Positions 37,169 to 47,412 are shown, counted from the stretch's first letter. The stretch: DNA of 64,000 bases from Smithellaceae bacterium (GCA_963667845.2 CAXXVL010000002.1:2016001-2080000), one strand, 5' to 3'. Program-made: numbers and translations. Notes: a model not told the origin generated them from the sequence alone.

Positions 37169-38674
37169 ATGCCCGAAAATGGAAAAACGATTGAGAGTGT
37201 TGCGCAAATCCATGGCTTTGAGATCGTCGGACTGATTTCAAATAAGGGCGGGATGGCTGATGTCTATGAGGCGTATCAATTATCCGTCGGAAGGCGGGTT
37301 GCCGCCAAAAAGATTAAGTCCCGTTTCATCCATGATGAGAATATCAAGAGCCGGTTTGAGAAAGAGGCGAAACTGCTTGGTCAGTTGAACCATGCCAATA
37401 TTATCCAGGTTATAGATTTCAGCAATGAACATCTGACGCTGTTTATGGAATTTATCGAGGGGAAGCCTCTTGATGAAATCCTTGCCGATAAGGGAGAGTT
37501 ATCGCTTGATGAATCGTTGCGGATCATTTCGGAAGTTCTGGCCGGCCTGCATTACGCGCACCAGCATCATATCATCCATCGCGACATCAAGCCGGAAAAC
37601 ATTTTTTTAACCGACGACGGCCGGGCCAAAATCGCCGACTTTGGAATTGCGAGCATCCTGGGCGGAAGCGACGGGGCGCCTGCAGCAGAAAGCGGCAGTT
37701 GGGCAGGAACCCCTTCTTACATTTCGCCGGAACAGATTAGAGGAGAAGAAACGGGCCCCCGGGCGGATATTTACTCTACCGGCATTACTCTGTACCGGCT
37801 GGTGACCGGAAAACTTCCGTTTGTCGGCGATGATGTCCTTGAGACCGCCGTGATGCAGCTAAACGAAATCCCCGTTCCCCCGCAGGAAATTGCTCCGCAG
37901 ATCTCATCGGAATTAAGCCGCATCATTCTCAAAGCGATGACCAAGTCTCCTGAGGATCGCTTCCCCACGGCGCTGGATTTCAAAGAAGCGCTGGACCGGC
38001 TTCGCTATCCCCGGAAGGATAAGGCTTATTTGCAGGAAGCCAAAGCGGAGTGGGAAAAATCCGGACTCGAACGCCTGACGGCAAGGAAACGCCGTTTGCT
38101 CAATTCCATCAAACTTTCGCAAATGGCGCTTACGGAGAATCCCGATTTGCCGGAAGCAAAGCGGATTCTTGATGACGCCCGCGAGGATTTAAAAAGAATC
38201 AAATGGAAAGAATATGTGATCCTCGGCGTCACCAGCCTTGTGATTGTGGGGGTCATTGCTTATTTGATTTTGCGGCTCTCGAGCGGTGTCGGCAAACTGG
38301 ACATCTTCACCAATGAAGCAGCAAACGTCTACCTGGACGGGGTCAAGATCGGAACGGCTCCTTTCGTCTTTCAAAATATTCCTTCCGGGCGTCATAAAAT
38401 TGCGGTTGAGCAGCCGGGTTTCTATCGATCACCGGACAAAGACATCGTGATCGGGAAAGGTCGACTGCTGACCCTCAACGAGGTTATCCCCAGCGGCGGC
38501 ATGGTCATGGTCACGTCTGCGCGGCCCGGGATAACGGTGAAAATCGACGGGGTGGATATCGGGCAAACGCCCCTGTCGAAGAAGCTTGTCATCGGCCGCC
38601 ACAGGATTGAAGTAGCCGGAATAGCCCGGGACGTCGTTATTCAGGAGAATGATAATCTCACCGTGGTTTTCTGA
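37169..38674 (+). CDS. Hanks-type Ser/Thr kinase with TM helix and PEGA domains
   Basis: GGMADVY, VAAK, HRDIKPEN, DFG, GTPSYISPE, TM, two PEGA-like repeats. Confidence 0.92.
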   Translation: MPENGKTIESVAQIHGFEIVGLISNKGGMADVYEAYQLSVGRRVAAKKIKSRFIHDENIKSRFEKEAKLLGQLNHANIIQVIDFSNEHLTLFMEFIEGKPLDEILADKGELSLDESLRIISEVLAGLHYAHQHHIIHRDIKPENIFLTDDGRAKIADFGIASILGGSDGAPAAESGSWAGTPSYISPEQIRGEETGPRADIYSTGITLYRLVTGKLPFVGDDVLETAVMQLNEIPVPPQEIAPQISSELSRIILKAMTKSPEDRFPTALDFKEALDRLRYPRKDKAYLQEAKAEWEKSGLERLTARKRRLLNSIKLSQMALTENPDLPEAKRILDDAREDLKRIKWKEYVILGVTSLVIVGVIAYLILRLSSGVGKLDIFTNEAANVYLDGVKIGTAPFVFQNIPSGRHKIAVEQPGFYRSPDKDIVIGKGRLLTLNEVIPSGGMVMVTSARPGITVKIDGVDIGQTPLSKKLVIGRHRIEVAGIARDVVIQENDNLTVVF

Positions 38675-38846
38675 TCCCGCGGTTAAATGGAATCTGCGCC
38701 CGACAGGGCGTGAAGTTGCGGCCTGGTATAACCGCACCTTGCGGCGTTTGCCTGTCTTATGATACAAACGGGCTGATTCAAAAACAGATTCAAAGACGAA
38801 TGCAAAGACATATGATCTCACTTCACGCTGACACCAGGAGGAATCG

Positions 38847-39641
38847 TTGATATTAACTGCCGCGGGGAAAACCGATCGAGGTCTGGCGCGCACCAAAAAC
38901 GAAGATCATATTTATATCGATGCGGGACTCGGTCTTCTTGCCGTAGCGGACGGGATGGGCGGACACAGGTCGGGAGAGACCGCGAGCAGGCTTGCGGTGG
39001 AAGCCGTGCGCGACTTCTTTCATAAAGATCAACAGGTGACAGGCCCGCGGGATTCTTCTTATTCCGAAACAACAAACCGCCTGGGCGCCGCCATTCTGCT
39101 TGCCAACCGGACCGTCTATGAGGCGGCGCAAAAGTCGCCCGGATTAAGCGGCATGGGGACGACGATTGCGGCTGCCGTACTCAGGGGGAATCAAGTAAGT
39201 TTTGCGCACGTCGGCGACAGCCGCATATATCTGGTCAGATCCGGGAGTATCATGCAGTTGACCGACGATCATTCGCTGGTCCAGGAACAAGTCAGGCACG
39301 ACCGGATTACAAGGGAAGAAGCGGCGCTCTCCGTGATGAAAAATATTCTGACGCGGGCCGTGGGAATCGATTCGGAAGTGATTGCCGACTTAAGCGAGTT
39401 GACCGTTTTGCAGGGAGACATCCTGCTTTTATGCAGCGACGGACTCTATAACATGGTTTCGGACGAGGAGATGCTGGAAATCATTTCCCGTGCCGGCAAC
39501 GTACATGCCGCGAGTGAATTTCTGGTCGACACGGCCAACGATAACGGCGGTCTGGACAACATTTCGGCGGTTGTCGGTTATATCCATAAAGAAAAATGGT
39601 ATGCATCCTGGTCAACGTTTGTTGACACGTTTCGGAGGTGA
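38847..39641 (+). CDS. PP2C-type Ser/Thr phosphatase (Stp1-like)
   Basis: R.KNED, VADGMGG, MGTT, HVGDSR, LCSDGL, GGLDNI. Confidence 0.93.
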   Translation: MILTAAGKTDRGLARTKNEDHIYIDAGLGLLAVADGMGGHRSGETASRLAVEAVRDFFHKDQQVTGPRDSSYSETTNRLGAAILLANRTVYEAAQKSPGLSGMGTTIAAAVLRGNQVSFAHVGDSRIYLVRSGSIMQLTDDHSLVQEQVRHDRITREEAALSVMKNILTRAVGIDSEVIADLSELTVLQGDILLLCSDGLYNMVSDEEMLEIISRAGNVHAASEFLVDTANDNGGLDNISAVVGYIHKEKWYASWSTFVDTFRR

Positions 39642-39645
39642 CGGA

Positions 39646-40368
39646 TTGGCAAAGATTATACTGAAATACAAAGATGCCCCTATTCAGGAAATTGTTCTGG
39701 ACAAGGGAATTGTGGCGGTCGGCAGGAAACCGGACAATAACATCATCATCGACAATCAGGCCGTATCAGGGCACCATGCCATCATTGAGACCGAAGGGGA
39801 TCAGTTATTCGTTGAAGATCTGAAAAGTCTGAACGGGACCTATCTGAACGGCCGGAGAATTACCCGGGCGGAGCTTTTTAACAAAGACATGGTCCTCATC
39901 GGCGTCCATGCTCTGGAAATCGTGTTTGAGAAGGACCGGCTTGCCGACGCGAAAGCCGCAGCCGGACGCGGACGTTCCATGTTTGAAACGGTCGTCATTA
40001 CACCCGATGAGCAAAAGAAGATTCTCCTGGCGGCCGATCGGGCGGTCCACGATGTTCTGGGGGGTTTTCTGGTCATTAAAGGATCCAGCGAACATAAAGA
40101 TTATATCTTCAAGGAAAAGGTGTCCACCATCGGGAAAGAGAAAGGCTCGGCGATCAGGCTCAGAGGTTTTTTCGCGCCTAAGCGGGCGGCGCTGGTCAAC
40201 CGCCGGAAGGAAGGATATTTCATTGCGCCCACCGGGAGTATAACCATCAAGATCAACGGTCGGGCCATTGATCAGCGCCATGATCTGAAAGACGGCGATA
40301 TCGTGGACATCGGCAGATTGAAATTGCAGTTCTATATCAGGGAACAGCATGTCAAATCCCCGGCCTGA
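39646..40368 (+). CDS. Double FHA-domain protein
   Basis: VGR..DN.I.I...VSGHHA, DL.S.NGT.LNG; degenerate second FHA; TTG start after GGAGGTG. Confidence 0.85.
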   Translation: MAKIILKYKDAPIQEIVLDKGIVAVGRKPDNNIIIDNQAVSGHHAIIETEGDQLFVEDLKSLNGTYLNGRRITRAELFNKDMVLIGVHALEIVFEKDRLADAKAAAGRGRSMFETVVITPDEQKKILLAADRAVHDVLGGFLVIKGSSEHKDYIFKEKVSTIGKEKGSAIRLRGFFAPKRAALVNRRKEGYFIAPTGSITIKINGRAIDQRHDLKDGDIVDIGRLKLQFYIREQHVKSPA

Positions 40369-40386
40369 GTCCGAGACAGCGGTTTC

Positions 40387-40492
40387 GGCTACAGACTATT
40401 AGGCTATTTTCAAGGGCGCGCTTGCCACCCGCAGGTGTGGTCGCGCCCCACCTTTTAACCTAAAAGACTAATAGCCTACAGCCTAACAGCCT
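40387..40492. repeat. Inverted array of 7/8-mer repeats (AGGCT../..AGCCT) around a GC hairpin
   Basis: GGCTACAGACTATTAGGCTA...GGGCGCG..CGCGCCC...CTAATAGCCTACAGCCTAACAGCCT. Confidence 0.7.
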
Positions 40493-40518
40493 TGTATAAC
40501 CATCCCAAAGGAGTCCTC

Positions 40519-42024
40519 ATGAAATCGCCGCATCTTGTGAAACCGGACCTTATCGCGAAACTCAAACTGATCGCGCTGCCCGTACTGATTTGTCTCGTTG
40601 CAGTGACTTACTGGAGCTGCAGCAACGGAGGGACGGCAACAGGCACCCAGCAGATCCTGGCGCGGGTCGAAGTTCCGGGATCCCTGGAGGACTTGAATCT
40701 TCCCGTTTACGCGGATCTCGAAGATGAAGACGGCGTTTACTATGCGCTCGTCATCGCCGCGAAAGCCGAACTGGACCGGGCCTCGGTCTCCTATCGCATC
40801 ATCGATGAGGTCGCGCCCGGAACCCGCTACATTATCGCCTGGGAAGAGGAAGCAGGCGCGCACGAGCAGGCGGCGGGCCTGGTCAGCATCCTTTACGACG
40901 ACGGAGAACACGTCATCGTGCGGTATGAGCGCCAGCTGACGGAGCTTCTTCCGGATCTGGGTTTTGACATCCGGTTGATGAGCCAGGTCCCGATCAACCT
41001 GACCAAGGCCCAGGCAATAGTGGCGGCAAAGTCCCTGTCCGCCATCGCCTCCATTCCTTTAGTGAAGGACGCGGATGTGGATGCCATGATCAAGGCCGTA
41101 AAGGACACGGATATCAAGGAATGGACGGAGCATCTGAGCGGAGAGAAGCCCGTCGAAGTGGACGGGAGCCTCGTGACGCTTTCGTCCCGGCATACATACG
41201 AGACGGGGACAAAAATAGTGCAGGCAACAAAATACGTCTATGATCAGTTGAAGGCGATGGCGCTTACGGTCTCTTTTTCCGCATGGACCTCCGAAGACGA
41301 AATCAGTAACCGCAATGTCGTCGCAGAAATCAAGGGAACAACGAATCCGGACGAAATCGTTATCCTCATCGCACATCTCGATACCGTCTCCAAAGGCGAC
41401 GATGGAATCGAGCCGGGTGCCGACGACAACGCGAGCGGCTGTGTGGGGCTTTTGGCGGCCGCCGACATCATGCGGTTCTATAAGTTCAAGCGCACCATCC
41501 GCTTTGTCTTTACAACCGGTGAGGAGCAGGGCCTGTATGGCGGAACCGCCTATGCGAAAAAAATCGAGAAAGACGAAGAAAATGTCGTGGCGGTATTGAA
41601 TCTCGATATGATCGGTTACAGCAAGAAGACCGATCCGTACGTCAAACCGAAACAGCAGATCAAGATCCGGAACATAAAGAACAAGACAGGTTACACGAGA
41701 GATTTGCCGATCGCCCAGACTTATGTGAAAGTGGTCGGCGCCTATGGCATGGACCAGGTTTTTGACGCCGTCATCGAGGACGACGGTGAGGCCAACAGCG
41801 ACCATTCGCCGTTCTGGGACCTGATGGCCACGTGCTTGAAGCGAAATCCCACCGGCGCCTGTTATCCGGCTGCCTGGGCCATTGAATATGCGGAAGAAGG
41901 GTACATTAATCCGAAGATGCATAGCGCGGATGACAAGCTCGGCATTATGAACCTGGCCTATTACACTGCCGTCGTGCAGGCAGCCCTGGGCACCGCGGCA
42001 CACCTCGCCGAGACGACGAAATAA
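40519..42024 (+). CDS. M28 family metallopeptidase, probable lipoprotein
   Basis: AHLD, GADDNASG, GEEQGL, LNLDM, SDH, H...D; N-terminal hydrophobic segment ending WSC. Confidence 0.88.
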   Translation: MKSPHLVKPDLIAKLKLIALPVLICLVAVTYWSCSNGGTATGTQQILARVEVPGSLEDLNLPVYADLEDEDGVYYALVIAAKAELDRASVSYRIIDEVAPGTRYIIAWEEEAGAHEQAAGLVSILYDDGEHVIVRYERQLTELLPDLGFDIRLMSQVPINLTKAQAIVAAKSLSAIASIPLVKDADVDAMIKAVKDTDIKEWTEHLSGEKPVEVDGSLVTLSSRHTYETGTKIVQATKYVYDQLKAMALTVSFSAWTSEDEISNRNVVAEIKGTTNPDEIVILIAHLDTVSKGDDGIEPGADDNASGCVGLLAAADIMRFYKFKRTIRFVFTTGEEQGLYGGTAYAKKIEKDEENVVAVLNLDMIGYSKKTDPYVKPKQQIKIRNIKNKTGYTRDLPIAQTYVKVVGAYGMDQVFDAVIEDDGEANSDHSPFWDLMATCLKRNPTGACYPAAWAIEYAEEGYINPKMHSADDKLGIMNLAYYTAVVQAALGTAAHLAETTK

Positions 42025-42039
42025 GCAATAAGCCCCTGG

Positions 42040-44274
42040 CTAAATGCCTGCTATTTTGACGATCTGATAAGCAACTGCACCGCCCAGGTAGGATACGACG
42101 AGCGTCATGGCGATTGTCGCGTAGAACCAGCTGTTGCTGTTCATTTCCTTGCGCAGGACGGCGATGGTTGCGGCGCAGGGAATAAAAAGCATCATCACCA
42201 CCAGAAAAGCGGCGGCCGAAGCGTGGCTCATGACGGTCGGGAGAACGACGACGAGTCCGTCGCGGCCAACGGAATACAAAACACCCAGCGTCGCCACAAC
42301 ATTTTCTTTCGCGACCAGTCCCGTGAGCAGCGCGGTGATCATTTTCCAGTCCAGCCCCAGCGGTGCGCCCAGGGGCTGAATCAATTTACCGACGCTCCCC
42401 AGGAAGCTTTCTTCCACGGCGCCTGTCGGGAAGTAAGATAAAATCCAGACAATCAGCGATACGCCAAGGATAACGGTTCCGGCTTTGCGGATAAAGGCGA
42501 CGAGCCTGGCCCAGACGACCATCAGAATGGTTTTGGCATCCGGGTGATGGTAAATCGGCAGCTCCATGATGAACGGCGCTTCCTGCTCCCGGAGGCTCTT
42601 GTTGACCACAGCGCCGGCCAGTCCCAGCACGGCGATATTGACGGCGAGAATGCTCCAGGAGACATAAGCCGCGTTTTCGCCGAAGATGGCGGCGGAAACC
42701 AGCGTCAGGACGGCCAGACGCGATGTGCAGGGAACGAAAGGAATCAGCAGCAGGGTGATCATCCGGGCCTTGCGCGTTTCGATGATGCGGGTCCCGAGCA
42801 CCGCCGGAACGTTGCATCCGAAGCCCAGGCACATCGGGATAAAGCTTTTTCCGTGCAGACCGACGAGGTGCATGATTCTGTCCATGACAAAAGCCGCGCG
42901 CGCCATATAGCCCACATCTTCCAAAACCGCCATGACGGCGAAGAAGATGAGGAGAATCGGAAGAAACGTGATCACGGAGCCCACGCCGCCGATGACGCCG
43001 TTTTGCAGCAGTCCCTGCAGCCACAATGGAAACCCCGAAAACAGGGGCTCACACCATCCGGCAAATTTCAAAACGCCTTCGTTCATCCAGTTCTGAAGGG
43101 GCACGCCGACGCGGTAAGTCAGAAAGAAAACAAACGCCATGACGGCGAGGAGAACGGGAATGCCGAAGACCGGCCGCGTCAGGATGTGATCAATTCTGTC
43201 GGTGAGCACAACCTCCCCCATCCTGAAACGGGAGACGGCCGCCCGGGTCATTTTTTCAATCCAGTCATAGCGGCCGTTGACGACGGCGTGCAGGGCGTCT
43301 TCGTGCTTGAGCAGAAGGTTGCGGATATCAGCCCAGGCTTTTTTCTCGGCCCGGTTTTCCATCAGGGTGGAAACTTCAGGATCGCCTTCCATTAATTTTA
43401 CGGCAATCCATTCCGGTGTGTAGGGCTCCTGAATGTATGGCCGCACGTGAGCGAGGATTTGTTCATAAATTTGCTGATGGTCTGCGGAGACTTTCGGCAA
43501 TTCCGGATGATAGGCGGTCTCTGAGGACGCGAGCGCCGTCACTTGTTCCACGAGTTCTTTGATGCCGTTGTTGCGTTTGGCAACCATGGGGCTGACGGGG
43601 ATGCCCAGTGAATCCTGCAGCGCTTTGGTGTCAATCTGAGTGCCCTGCGCTTCGGCAACATCGAGCATGTTTATCGCGACAACGACCGGACGGTCCAGAA
43701 GCAAAACTTCGGAAAGAAGGTAAAGGCTTCGCTCCAGGGCGGCGGCGTTTAACACCAGCACGACCAGGTCCGGTTTTTCGGTGATGATAAAATCACGGGT
43801 AACGCGCTCTTCTTCGGAAAATGCCGTCAGACTGTATGTGCCGGGCAGATCGACAATGCGGATGAGAATGTTGTCGGCGCGGTGGACGCCTTCTTTCTTT
43901 TCGACGGTTTTCCCCGGCCAGTTGCCGACGTGCTGGGACAAACCGGTCAGGATATTGAAAATGGTGGATTTGCCGACATTCGGCTGACCGACCAATGCGA
44001 CGACTATTTCTTTTTCAACGGGAGGGAGGCAGGCATCGTCGGCGTCAAGCGCCGCGGCCGTTATTTTCGCCGCTTCGCCCTGGCCCAGTGCGATCCGTGT
44101 GCCGGCGACCTGGATCACGACGAGGCCGCCGCTCATCTGGGCGATGCGAAACCTCGCGCCGGTGACAAGGCCCATGCCGGCCAGACGGCTGGTCAGGGCC
44201 GCCCCGCCGTCAATCGAATGAATGACACCCTGGTCGCCTTCCCGTAAATCTGTGATAACCACCAAGTCCTTCAT
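42040..44274 (-). CDS. feoB: Fused FeoA-FeoB ferrous iron transporter
   Basis: N-terminal FeoA (RL..MGL, RIAL), GQPNVGKST, GNWPGKTVE, DLPG, GFGCNVP, PC.AT. Confidence 0.93.
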   Translation of the reverse strand: MKDLVVITDLREGDQGVIHSIDGGAALTSRLAGMGLVTGARFRIAQMSGGLVVIQVAGTRIALGQGEAAKITAAALDADDACLPPVEKEIVVALVGQPNVGKSTIFNILTGLSQHVGNWPGKTVEKKEGVHRADNILIRIVDLPGTYSLTAFSEEERVTRDFIITEKPDLVVLVLNAAALERSLYLLSEVLLLDRPVVVAINMLDVAEAQGTQIDTKALQDSLGIPVSPMVAKRNNGIKELVEQVTALASSETAYHPELPKVSADHQQIYEQILAHVRPYIQEPYTPEWIAVKLMEGDPEVSTLMENRAEKKAWADIRNLLLKHEDALHAVVNGRYDWIEKMTRAAVSRFRMGEVVLTDRIDHILTRPVFGIPVLLAVMAFVFFLTYRVGVPLQNWMNEGVLKFAGWCEPLFSGFPLWLQGLLQNGVIGGVGSVITFLPILLIFFAVMAVLEDVGYMARAAFVMDRIMHLVGLHGKSFIPMCLGFGCNVPAVLGTRIIETRKARMITLLLIPFVPCTSRLAVLTLVSAAIFGENAAYVSWSILAVNIAVLGLAGAVVNKSLREQEAPFIMELPIYHHPDAKTILMVVWARLVAFIRKAGTVILGVSLIVWILSYFPTGAVEESFLGSVGKLIQPLGAPLGLDWKMITALLTGLVAKENVVATLGVLYSVGRDGLVVVLPTVMSHASAAAFLVVMMLFIPCAATIAVLRKEMNSNSWFYATIAMTLVVSYLGGAVAYQIVKIAGI

Positions 44275-45140
44275 TCGGCTTTAATCCTGAGACTGACGCG
44301 ATATTTTTTCAAAATCCGTTCCGGTCCGTAAGAGGCCTTTGTGCGCCGCAAATTCTTACTGCCCGTGTCTTCTTCCAGATTCAGATATTTATATTGCGAC
44401 TCCATCTGCTTTGCAGTGTCGTTGAACATGAATTCGTAAATCCCGTGATACCTTTTAGAGGCTTTCGCGAAATGAAGGCAGAAGGCCTCATCGTTGAGCA
44501 CTTCACCGATGATAAAGCCCGCCGGTTCATCGGCGATGTAATAGATCGTTCCCCAGAGCGCCAGCTCGGAGAATTTGCGCAGGGCCTCTTCGCAGACGGA
44601 AAAGTCGGTCTTGCAGGAAGCGACGGCGCATTCGTCCTGCCACTGTCGCAGGATTTTCAAGCCGTCTTGCAGCGTATCCGGGGAAAGGGACCGCCGGACG
44701 GGGTTATAGGCGCCCAGAAATTGATGCAGGTGATTGCGATGGCGGGTGTATTGTTTTCCGGCGAAGGACGCCATGTTTGCCGTCAGATAGACATAATCCG
44801 ATTCACTGTCGTCAAACGATCGGCAAAATTCCGTTTCCGGGAAGAAGGGCAGCCATTCCTCGGGGATCGGATAGAAAAAGCCGCCGCCCGAGAGCAGTTG
44901 CTTGAGCGTGTCCTTAGAGCAGTCCTGAGGATTGTCGAGCGGCATGATGTAATTCTGATTCTGATAATTATGGGCCGAGATAAACGTTCCGCAGTCCTTG
45001 GTCAAGATTTCATATCGGCAGACGTTCCGGAACAGATATACATTGGCGAAGGTGTAATCGGAAAAGAATAGATTCAACTGCCGGAAACGCTGCGAGAGAA
45101 ACGGCCGATGGGCTAGATCAATAGTTTCAATGATATCCAT
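44271..45140 (-). CDS. DUF2156 / aminoacyl-PG synthase-like domain protein
   Basis: SDY.FAN, DYVY, HFAKA, YLNLEED.G...LR..K.SY.P. Confidence 0.8.
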   Translation of the reverse strand: MDIIETIDLAHRPFLSQRFRQLNLFFSDYTFANVYLFRNVCRYEILTKDCGTFISAHNYQNQNYIMPLDNPQDCSKDTLKQLLSGGGFFYPIPEEWLPFFPETEFCRSFDDSESDYVYLTANMASFAGKQYTRHRNHLHQFLGAYNPVRRSLSPDTLQDGLKILRQWQDECAVASCKTDFSVCEEALRKFSELALWGTIYYIADEPAGFIIGEVLNDEAFCLHFAKASKRYHGIYEFMFNDTAKQMESQYKYLNLEEDTGSKNLRRTKASYGPERILKKYRVSLRIKAE

Positions 45141-45176
45141 GGATTAGAAATTCTATATCCTTTCTTGGCTGTGGGC

Positions 45177-45884
45177 TTAAAGATTAAACTCGTGTTGATG
45201 GTCACGAAGCCAGCGACGATGTTTTTTGTAATCCGGGATCACCTCTATCACCAACGCCCAGAATTTAGAAGAATGATTTTTCTCCCGGATGTGCATCAGT
45301 TCGTGCACCACCACATAATCCACGACCGCAGGCGGCGCCATCATCAGCCGAAAACTGAAAGACAGGCGGTTCACTCCCGAACAGGAGCCCCACCGGCTTT
45401 CGGCGGATGTGATGCGTACGCTGTCCGAAGTCAACTTAAGCATGGCGCTGTAAAAATCAACCCGCCCGCTTAAGTAGGAGCGCGCTTTTTTCTTGTACCA
45501 GGAAACGAAATAATGTTTTTTCAAGTCTTCATTATCGGGGCAATTCAAGAAAAAACGGTCGTCCCAGAACATCACGCCCTCATTTTCCAGAGGCTCAAAA
45601 TAGGCTTCCAGAGGGTAGCGCTGACCCAGATAAAAGAAATGCTCACCCGAGCGATATGATTTTTCATGAGACGAAACCGGATGTGCGGCCTGTTTTTTCA
45701 TTGTCCGGTCAATCCAGGTTTGTTTTTCACGGATAAAGCGGTCGATTTCCGCAAGGGGTGTAAAACGCGGTGCAGAAATCGTGATTTTTGAGTCGGCGCC
45801 GATTTGCAGCGATATCGTCTTCCTTCTTTTGGCGCTGCGTTTCAAATGGTATTCAATATTCATAAGGACCTGTGCGGACAGCAT
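45177..45884 (-). CDS. YgjP/DUF45 zinc-dependent hydrolase
   Basis: RWGSCS, YVVVHELMH, NHS.KFW. Confidence 0.88.
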   Translation of the reverse strand: MLSAQVLMNIEYHLKRSAKRRKTISLQIGADSKITISAPRFTPLAEIDRFIREKQTWIDRTMKKQAAHPVSSHEKSYRSGEHFFYLGQRYPLEAYFEPLENEGVMFWDDRFFLNCPDNEDLKKHYFVSWYKKKARSYLSGRVDFYSAMLKLTSDSVRITSAESRWGSCSGVNRLSFSFRLMMAPPAVVDYVVVHELMHIREKNHSSKFWALVIEVIPDYKKHRRWLRDHQHEFNL

Positions 45885-45978
45885 AGAATGTGCGACGGCA
45901 TGGAGTCAAGCAAAAGTGTTTTTCCTTTTGTTCAATTCCAAACAATGCTACAATTTGTCGCACAAAAGGAGGCGTGAA

Positions 45979-46884
45979 ATGAAGACAAAAAACCTTTTAT
46001 GGATGATCGCTGTCATGATGCTTTTTCCTGCATTTCACTCAAATGCTTCCGGTTGGCAGGTCAGGGACATGGGCGTCGGTATTTACGATGACGCGGCATA
46101 CGATAAAGAGCTGCGGATTGTGGAGAAGCGAAATACCTGGTCGCTTGCGGAGCTCACGGCCCGCGGCGCGCTCAAGGGCCAGGGCAAAATATTCGGCGTC
46201 TGGCTGGTCGGGCCGCCGGTCAATACCTACCTGAACAAGAACGGCGTGGCGGAGTATCTCTATAAGTATCGCTTAACCGATCCCCGGGGCACTGCGACGA
46301 TTTACGGCCCGAGTGGTTTTTACATGCCGGGCTTTACGACTATCTTTATTAATCCGGCGCTTCCCGGCAACTGGAAAGTGGATTTTATGCTCTGGTCCAG
46401 AAGCACCGAACAGGTCACGCCGATCGGTTCCATCGAATTTACCATTACGGAAAAGGATGAGGCGAAGCCCGCCCAACCCGGATGGCAGGTCAAGGATATG
46501 GGCGTCGGTATTTACGATGATGCGGCTTACGATAAGGAACTGCGGATTGTGGAGAAGCGAAATACCTGGTCGCTTACGGAGCTCACGGCCCGGGGCGCGC
46601 TGCGGGGGCAGGGCAAAATATTCGGCGTCTGGCTGGTCGGGCCGCCTGTCAATACCTATCTGAACAAGAATGGCGTGGCGGAATATCTCTACAAGTATCG
46701 CTTAACCGATCCGCGCGGCACGTCGACGATTTATGGTCCACAGGGTTTTTACATGCCGGGCTTTACAACCATCTTTATTAATCCGGGGCTTCCCGGCAAG
46801 TGGAAGGTAGATTTTATGCTGTGGCAGAGAAGCACCGAACAGGTGACGCCGATCGGCTCCATCGACTTTACAATAACGCAATAA
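45979..46884 (+). CDS. Secreted protein made of two near-identical ~133-aa domains
   Basis: AGGAGG RBS, signal peptide, repeats starting 46051 and 46480. Confidence 0.8.
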   Translation: MKTKNLLWMIAVMMLFPAFHSNASGWQVRDMGVGIYDDAAYDKELRIVEKRNTWSLAELTARGALKGQGKIFGVWLVGPPVNTYLNKNGVAEYLYKYRLTDPRGTATIYGPSGFYMPGFTTIFINPALPGNWKVDFMLWSRSTEQVTPIGSIEFTITEKDEAKPAQPGWQVKDMGVGIYDDAAYDKELRIVEKRNTWSLTELTARGALRGQGKIFGVWLVGPPVNTYLNKNGVAEYLYKYRLTDPRGTSTIYGPQGFYMPGFTTIFINPGLPGKWKVDFMLWQRSTEQVTPIGSIDFTITQ

Positions 46885-46894
46885 GGATAGAGAA

Positions 46895-47239
46895 ATGGAA
46901 CAAGGGAATAAACGGCCGTGGGGGTATTTTGAAGTTTTGTCGGATGCGCCGGATCATAAGGTGAAAAGAATTGTGGTTAACCCGGGCGGTTCTCTCAGCC
47001 TGCAGCGCCACAAAAAACGGGCGGAGCACTGGTATGCCGTCGCAGGCGTCGGCGTGGCGATCATCGACGGCAAAGCTCATGAGTTGGTGAGCGGCTGCGC
47101 GGTGGATATTCCTCTGGGTTCGACGCACCGTTTGGAAAACACGGCCGCAAGCGATCTGGTCATTATTGAGGTTCAAACGGGTACGTACTTCGGTGAAGAT
47201 GATATAGAGCGGCTGGAAGACAAATACGGACGCGTGTGA
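46895..47239 (+). CDS. Cupin, mannose-6-phosphate isomerase type II C-terminal domain
   Basis: RPWG.F, KVKRI.V.PG..LSLQ.H..R.EHW, IEVQTG.Y.GEDDI.R.ED.YGR. Confidence 0.9.
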   Translation: MEQGNKRPWGYFEVLSDAPDHKVKRIVVNPGGSLSLQRHKKRAEHWYAVAGVGVAIIDGKAHELVSGCAVDIPLGSTHRLENTAASDLVIIEVQTGTYFGEDDIERLEDKYGRV

Positions 47240-47362
47240 CCAAGCCGCCTTTTTACGGCTACCTTTGTTGGCTGCGTCGTCGGTTTCCTCGGCGTATGTT
47301 CATATACGCCTGCGGGACCTCCTCCTTGCCGCCGCGGTATCCTGAAAAAATCGGCTTGGTCA
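47237..47362. mobile_element. MITE-like palindromic element (126 bp)
   Basis: Perfect 11-bp terminal inverted repeats TGACCAAGCCG / CGGCTTGGTCA; central GGCGTAT..ATACGCC hairpin; non-coding. Confidence 0.7.
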
Positions 47363-47412
47363 AGAGGCAATAAACAATAGGCTCAATTGGTGTTCTTAAG
47401 TAGTGCTTACCT

